A DNA stretch of 42,105 nt from Rotaria sp. Lineage: Eukaryota. A program made the translations under genes and the position numbers. Positions 36,424 to 42,105 of this stretch are shown piece after piece (the first letter of the stretch is position 1; every line of letters begins with the position of its first letter). The DNA lies in NCBI GenBank assembly GCA_905330235.1, contig CAJNUA010000634.1, positions 1-42,105 on the forward strand, written 5' to 3'. Below the pieces are notes generated by a model that was not told where the DNA came from, ran no database searches, and saw only the letters and a list, made by a program, of their open reading frames with translations.

Positions 36424-37877
36424 TCAGAATTATTGTCTTCTTCTTCTTCTTCTTTCCATAAGTTTTTTAGAGTTTGATATGGTGAAAGAAGCCATTTGAT
36501 TGCATCTAATATTTTACGTGCTACTAATGGATCATAAGTCAAATAAGTAATCGCATATTTATGTTCGCTTTGATCACCATCTAGAATAGTTGAACAAAGT
36601 CGAAGACCAGATAATGTGAGAGCATACTGTCGTTGACTGATAAGTAATAAACTTAATTTGTATATTTCAGGAGTATAATTAAACAAGTCATGACGAAAGA
36701 AAAAATGAGTACCTAATATACATATAACTAAAACTATTGAATAGATAAAAGGCGTTAATGCATCATTTTGGTTTTTAAGTAATTGAAGAGCATAAAGTAT
36801 TAGTTGAGCAGCGATTGTATTTCCATGCTTGAAATCATCAGGATTAAGACCGAGTATCAATTGTTTTTTATATGCTCGTAATTCCTCATCATTTATACGT
36901 CCAAGTTCATCGAGAACAAGATAAACAATTTTACGAGCAGCATTAGCAGCTGTATCTGGTTGCTGAAGATCGTTAAGAAGTGGTTTTAATCGATCACTGA
37001 TGACACGATGATAGCACTTTTGCAAATTATTTCGAACATCTCGTACATCACGTGCTGTTCGTTGGCGAAATGAAAGTAGTTTTGCCATATCAGAACGAAG
37101 TTTATTATTATTAGCTAGATACTTTGATGATTCATTATGAAAAAGGCTTTGGATTAATTTTTCAAGTGAAGTATCAAGTAAAACAGTTTGTTCGTCAATA
37201 AGTAATGTATTGTTTTGAAGATATTTTGAAGAGTTTAAAAATGAGAAGAAACTCTTAATTCGATGATCATATACAGGATAAGTATTTGTTTGATAATCTT
37301 GAATAGATTGACTTTGAAATAGCCAATTTTCGAAAAGTCGTTGTTCATTAACAAGAAAACAAAGTACTTTCAATGTAAAATTCAGTAATGATGAGTTTGA
37401 CTCATTGAGTTGAAGAAATATGTTAATAAATGCCGGTTCTAAACATACTGATCCACTGAGCAGAATCCAACTTGCTGATTTATGTTGTATTTCTTGTTCT
37501 TCATTTGTTGGATTTAATAATTCAAGAATATTCTTCCGAAATTCATCTACCTGTAAAGAATTTGATGTATCAGTAATACCAATTGACATAGAATTGAATC
37601 CATTACAACATGTTGGTGTCAGAGTAGTTGACATGGATTGATCAGTTGATGATGACTGATTTTGACGGCTAAAGAGTTGATCACTGATATCCATCAATGT
37701 TTCAAACTTTGTTAGATGAATATCATTGGTATATGAAGAAATTTCGGAATAATTTCTAAGTAAATATTTGATTCGTTGATACACTAAACTGACTGGTGAT
37801 CCTGTAGTGATGATAAAATTTATTCGACCTGGAGGCTTTCCAAGTAACTTGCAGCATGAGCAAAGCAAGTCTGTCAT
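36424..37877 (-). CDS. Sacsin / NO VEIN-like Hsp90-type ATPase-domain protein, exon 1 (ATG 37875-37877; an acceptor-like tttcag directly upstream means the true start could lie further 5')
   Basis: Long open frame. Ends …EDNNS with donor GA|GTGAGT. A 60-nt intron (36364-36423) gives an in-frame join to exon 2. Confidence 0.75.
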
Positions 37878-40800
37878 ATTATTTATCTGAAATGTAATGC
37901 ATTACTATCAAAGAGTTTATGAATAACAAATGAACTGTTCTTTTTTTTCGTTCTTTGTTGTTATAGAGATGATGAAATGTATTATTCAGAGATTAATACA
38001 AAAAAAGAATGTTGTTTAAAAAAAAATAGAAAAAGCTATAGTTAATATTGTTGTCATCTTAGAATAGTACGAACTGTTCTCATTTATACCATTTTGGTTT
38101 TATATTCACATCGAGCTTATAGTGATAGACAAAAAGTGTAAGGTATTAATAATTTTCAGTTTTCTTCTCGATGGTAAAGAATCTAAAAAAGCATTTGAGT
38201 AGTTGAAACCATATTGTCTATTAAAATTCTTAGGCCTGAAAATTTCAACAAAATTTTTCAGATGAGGATTTACAAAAAGCCAAGATCATCAAAACCAGTA
38301 TTCTGGCTTTCATTAGAAAATTTTGAAGAAAGTGTAAACAATTCTAAGCAAAATGAGACGTCTCTGATTTTCCTTCGTTGAGCTGTATTCCATCGATCAA
38401 CGATCCAAGAAGCACTTTTCTCTTGTTTTTATGGAAAATTTCAATGTTTTAACCATATTTGATGGTTTGAAGCTTTCTGTAAATTGATTACAGTTCACTG
38501 AAGGGAAATCATAGACATCTCAGTTTACTCAGGCTTATTTGACTCTTTTCCCAAAAACTTCGAATGAAAGCCACAAAATCTGTTGTGAATTGCTTGCTTT
38601 TTCAGACATCCTCGTCCAAGCAATCCTGATGGAGTTATCGATCCCGCCAATCTAATAAAGAATCTGCTCAGTTACTCAAATGTTTTTCAGATTCTTTTTA
38701 TCTATTACCATCAAGAGGAAAAATAAAAAATACGACTGTCCTAAGTCATCGTCCGCCACTATACTGTATGTATTTTCTACGTTTCGTTTTTGCATTTATG
38801 ATTACATTTAACCTGTCCTTATTAATTATTCGTATTTTTACGGATCCTTTGAGCTTCTGTAACGTTTGTTCGATCTTAAAAAATATGATTTAACTCAGAC
38901 TTAGGAGTCGACTAGCTCTCTGTTGAGATCAAATGCGAGAAAGTCCTGTTCGAACAATTCTTCCGATAGGAGCTGAGTGGTTCAAAATTTTTTTTTCCTA
39001 TGTTATGTGAATAGAATTTCATTAACGGACAAAAGCTTTTCTGTATACCTAGAAGTGTCATTCTCAAAAATAAAACAAAAAGGCATTCGGACAAATCAGA
39101 AAATATTTTCAACAGTTTCTAAAATCTGAATTAGCACAGAACTTGTCAGCGTCTATCCTAAACACGAAATTCTTCTACTTACTAGATTGTAAATATTGCA
39201 ACTTTCTTCAAAACAATCTATGATTTACAAAAATAAATCATAGTTGAAAATTTTTTACCTCTACTAATTTCATTTTTCAACAAAAACTCTCTAGTATATA
39301 TTCACATTGATAAATGTTTAAAACAAACATGCTCACTGTGATCCAGTTGTGTGGAACTTCATATTTGATGCCATTTGATTTTGAACTTCAATTTACTTTA
39401 ATCATACTCTTTATAAACTTGATGTAATTGTTACATCATTCAAACAATGTTCGAATAGAGAATTTCATCAAAATAAAGAAATAAATCATTCTAATATATC
39501 AATCATGAGTTCATTTTAATCACTATAATGAATCACACGTAAATTGCTTTTCATTGGACTAATATTATTCTTTTTCTGCAAACAGGAATTCAGTGATAAA
39601 TTATTTTCACTTACAGAACAGCATATTTTATTTGAAAAGAAGTATCAAATATTGATGAGTGATCAGTGAATATCGTTTGTTCTAACCGCTCCATTAGGTC
39701 GAAACTCAAAAGACATAATACCGGGCTGAACTCTGAATTGTTTCGCAATTATAGACAGAATTTCAATCTATAATCATCTAGAAAATATTTTTTATCTAGT
39801 GTTAGAAATTTAATCCTAAACCCATTCGACCAATTAGCACTGGATTAAGCAATATGACTGATGTTAAGTGGAAACAGCATTCATATGTTTTACCCATTTC
39901 ACACGGTCTTCACTAGAAAAGTTAACGTTAAATTAAAATATCTAGCTGAAAGAAAATTTAATTCGTGTTTGAGAGACGAATTATATTTAATGCATCACTT
40001 GAATAAAGAATTTGATCAATTCATTAAAATGATGAAAGTATCTCAATGAAATCATCTATGTTTAATGTAATATACTACTAATTATAATAAAATAAAACCA
40101 GAGAGATACGAATGAAGAGAAAATGGCTTTCTTAAAGAAATTATTTAACGACCAACTGAACAATAAATCCTGTGAGGACATTTATGAAAACTGATTTGTG
40201 TATTATATAGGTGGCAATTTGTTTGATGAAATGTCATAGAATGATGTATTTTCAACGTTAGATTTCAATTCCTATCAACGAATTAAAATAACAGATGAAG
40301 ATTTAATACAGCATTATTTTATATAAAAGACCAGATCTTCCTTATAAGCACGTCGAGCATTTGCAATGAAAGTCTGCTGAAAGTTGTTATCTTACATTTT
40401 CTTTTCGCCACTAAAGTGTACAAAAACCAAGTTTTTTTACAATCTGAAAAAATACAAAAAAACACGTTTGTATTTTTTTCTTGTATGAAAAATAATAATT
40501 TATACTTACAAAGGTAAATATGCGTACGATTTCAGCAGCTATAATACGCGAATAAGACAATCAGAGCAGAAACACAATGCAAATTAATACCAACATAATC
40601 TCTCATTTAACATTGTGGGCAGATTTTAATCTTGTAAACTCTTCTTCTGGAAAGTGTACAGCTTATTGAGTGTTCTTTTAAGCATAAGAAGTAGTAGATG
40701 CTCTGTACATATTGCTTCTGTGTCATACACTTTCTATGGCTGTCAAAGAGTATTTTTCTTTCTGACTTTTTTCAGTCGTTTGAGAAACATGAGTTGTATG

Positions 40801-42105
40801 GATTGTTCAGCATCCAATCAATAGTAAAAAGAAATGGAGTTGATCGTCAATGACATCTTTAATTCATACTCATATTTTAATTCCTACATATTCTCTCAAT
40901 TCTGAATTTATATATAAACTATAATTTAATATTATACTACTAGCCAAAACCATTCTCTTCTGGAATCCAAGACTCCATGAGAGTGAAAGATCGAATAATT
41001 CGTCTGCAGACAGTCCATAGAGAATGTTGGTCAACGGTAGCATCAACACTAAAATCGCCCAAGCTAGAACGAACTTATAATAATTGAGATCTACGATCAC
41101 TGCGATTCTCGTAACTGAAGAACAGATAGACTGTTTTCGAGGCGTTCAATCTTTATTTTGTTGTCCTGTATTAAGACTGTTTTAGATATAGATCTAATCA
41201 GTTTTCATCAAGTAATTGATAGTTGAGTCATTTTGTCTTAAAATATGGATATGAAAAAAAAAATGTCGTTCAGCGGTCAATGGTCCAGCGAGACTTTCAT
41301 GAATATATCTCAAATTCTCAGAAGGCGTTGTACAACGGTTGGTATCCACACTCTTTACTGAATTATGTGCTGTTTATAAGATTATATAAGTAATTGTCAA
41401 TCCCATTGCATGAAACTGTAGCCTAATATATGGTCTTTTATTGTTTCAAAGATGATTTCAATATGCTTAAATAATGGAGACTTCGGATCTTAGACAAGTT
41501 CATGATAATCATCGTTTGTAAGATGCTAGAGCTTCTGAAACTTTTATACACAATTGTCAACCATGGTCCAATACCTCCTAAGAATTTCAGATGGACCTAG
41601 CAAACTATCACTACAGGGTTGACTACTCTATATGATATTCTATGAATTCTTCTTTTTACAGATTCATGCTTTTAGTAAAAATAATTCAGTTCGTCAGTAG
41701 CTTTATGAACATCAATTAAATTAATATCAGCAATAATTATAATCCAGGACTGCAAAATAAAAGATTGAACGGCTTCAAAAGCCTATCTATTCTTGGATTA
41801 TAAGATTCGTAGTGGCTGTATATGTTACTCATTATAAAAATTTGTTTTAATTTGAGCGAATTTGCTGCCACTGTGTAAATGCGATGTCTTAAATTCTCCT
41901 TACATTTACGATGATACATTTAACAAATAATTTTACAGTTGTCACCTTGATAAAACCTCGTGTCATCTCATTTGCGAACATAAAAATCAAAATCCAAAAT
42001 CTGTTAAATTCAATTCGAGTTGTTTTTTAAATTTAAATTTTCGATTTTCAAATTTCAAAAGAATTACTGACAACAATTTTAATACAGCTTAAACTTTCAG
42101 TTATA

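Noticed and set aside
1-42105. Genome-wide stop-codon reassignment (ciliate-like TAA/TGA sense codons) as the explanation for the in-frame stops
   Set aside because: The sacsin/NO VEIN-like gene (2260 codons), both p40 exons and MVP exon 1 contain no in-frame TAA/TGA/TAG. A reassigned code would scatter them through every gene. Introns are canonical metazoan GT-AG and the gene content is metazoan.
1-42105. CRISPR arrays, operons, prokaryotic defence systems
   Set aside because: The sequence is clearly eukaryotic (spliced genes, Pol III tRNAs, AATAAA signals). No direct-repeat/spacer arrays of CRISPR type are present.

Overview
This is an AT-rich (roughly one-third GC) eukaryotic nuclear window. 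I read it as metazoan and most likely platyhelminth. The grounds are a major vault protein gene, a small heat-shock protein with two alpha-crystallin domains (p40 egg-antigen type), short GT-AG introns of 53-91 nt, and eukaryotic initiator tRNA-Met genes. It is not prokaryotic, so CRISPR and operon logic do not apply. The ORF track also starts ORFs at TTG and GTG, so its 'M' starts are not all ATG. Genes I can support: (1) the 5' end of a major vault protein gene on the minus strand (~9.3-10.0 kb); (2) a type-III (epsilon-like) diacylglycerol kinase gene on the plus strand (16.4-18.8 kb); (3) a two-exon p40-like small heat-shock protein gene on the minus strand (19.95-20.88 kb); (4) a tandem pair of initiator tRNA-Met genes on the minus strand (24.1 and 24.5 kb), the second degenerate; (5) a LACTB / class-C beta-lactamase-fold serine hydrolase homolog on the minus strand (25.07-26.49 kb); (6) a four-exon, ~2260-codon gene on the minus strand (30.9-37.9 kb) encoding a sacsin / NO VEIN-like protein with an Hsp90-like ATPase domain, whose diagnostic ELIQ|NAEDN box is split by a 53-nt intron; (7) a candidate secreted cysteine-rich protein gene on the minus strand (6.85-7.80 kb). 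The main things worth a second look are these. (a) At least eleven copies of one foldback family, each with a GGGTGT-rich 5' arm and a complementary ACACCC-rich 3' arm. They lie in introns and spacers, cluster around the tRNA pair, and are candidate G-quadruplex / i-motif hairpins or MITE-like elements. (b) The diacylglycerol kinase and LACTB homologs keep their frame and catalytic motifs but carry 3 and 4 in-frame stop codons (5 TAA and 2 TGA in total). The sacsin/NO VEIN-like gene has none in ~2260 codons, so this is not a genome-wide code change. (c) The cysteine-rich ORF has two in-frame TGA codons that are either selenocysteine-type recoding or two 54-nt phase-0 introns. (d) A ~480-bp MITE with ~70-bp terminal inverted repeats. 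(e) A 300-bp CpG-dense palindrome cluster. I cannot run searches, so all homology calls rest on motifs read directly from the translations.
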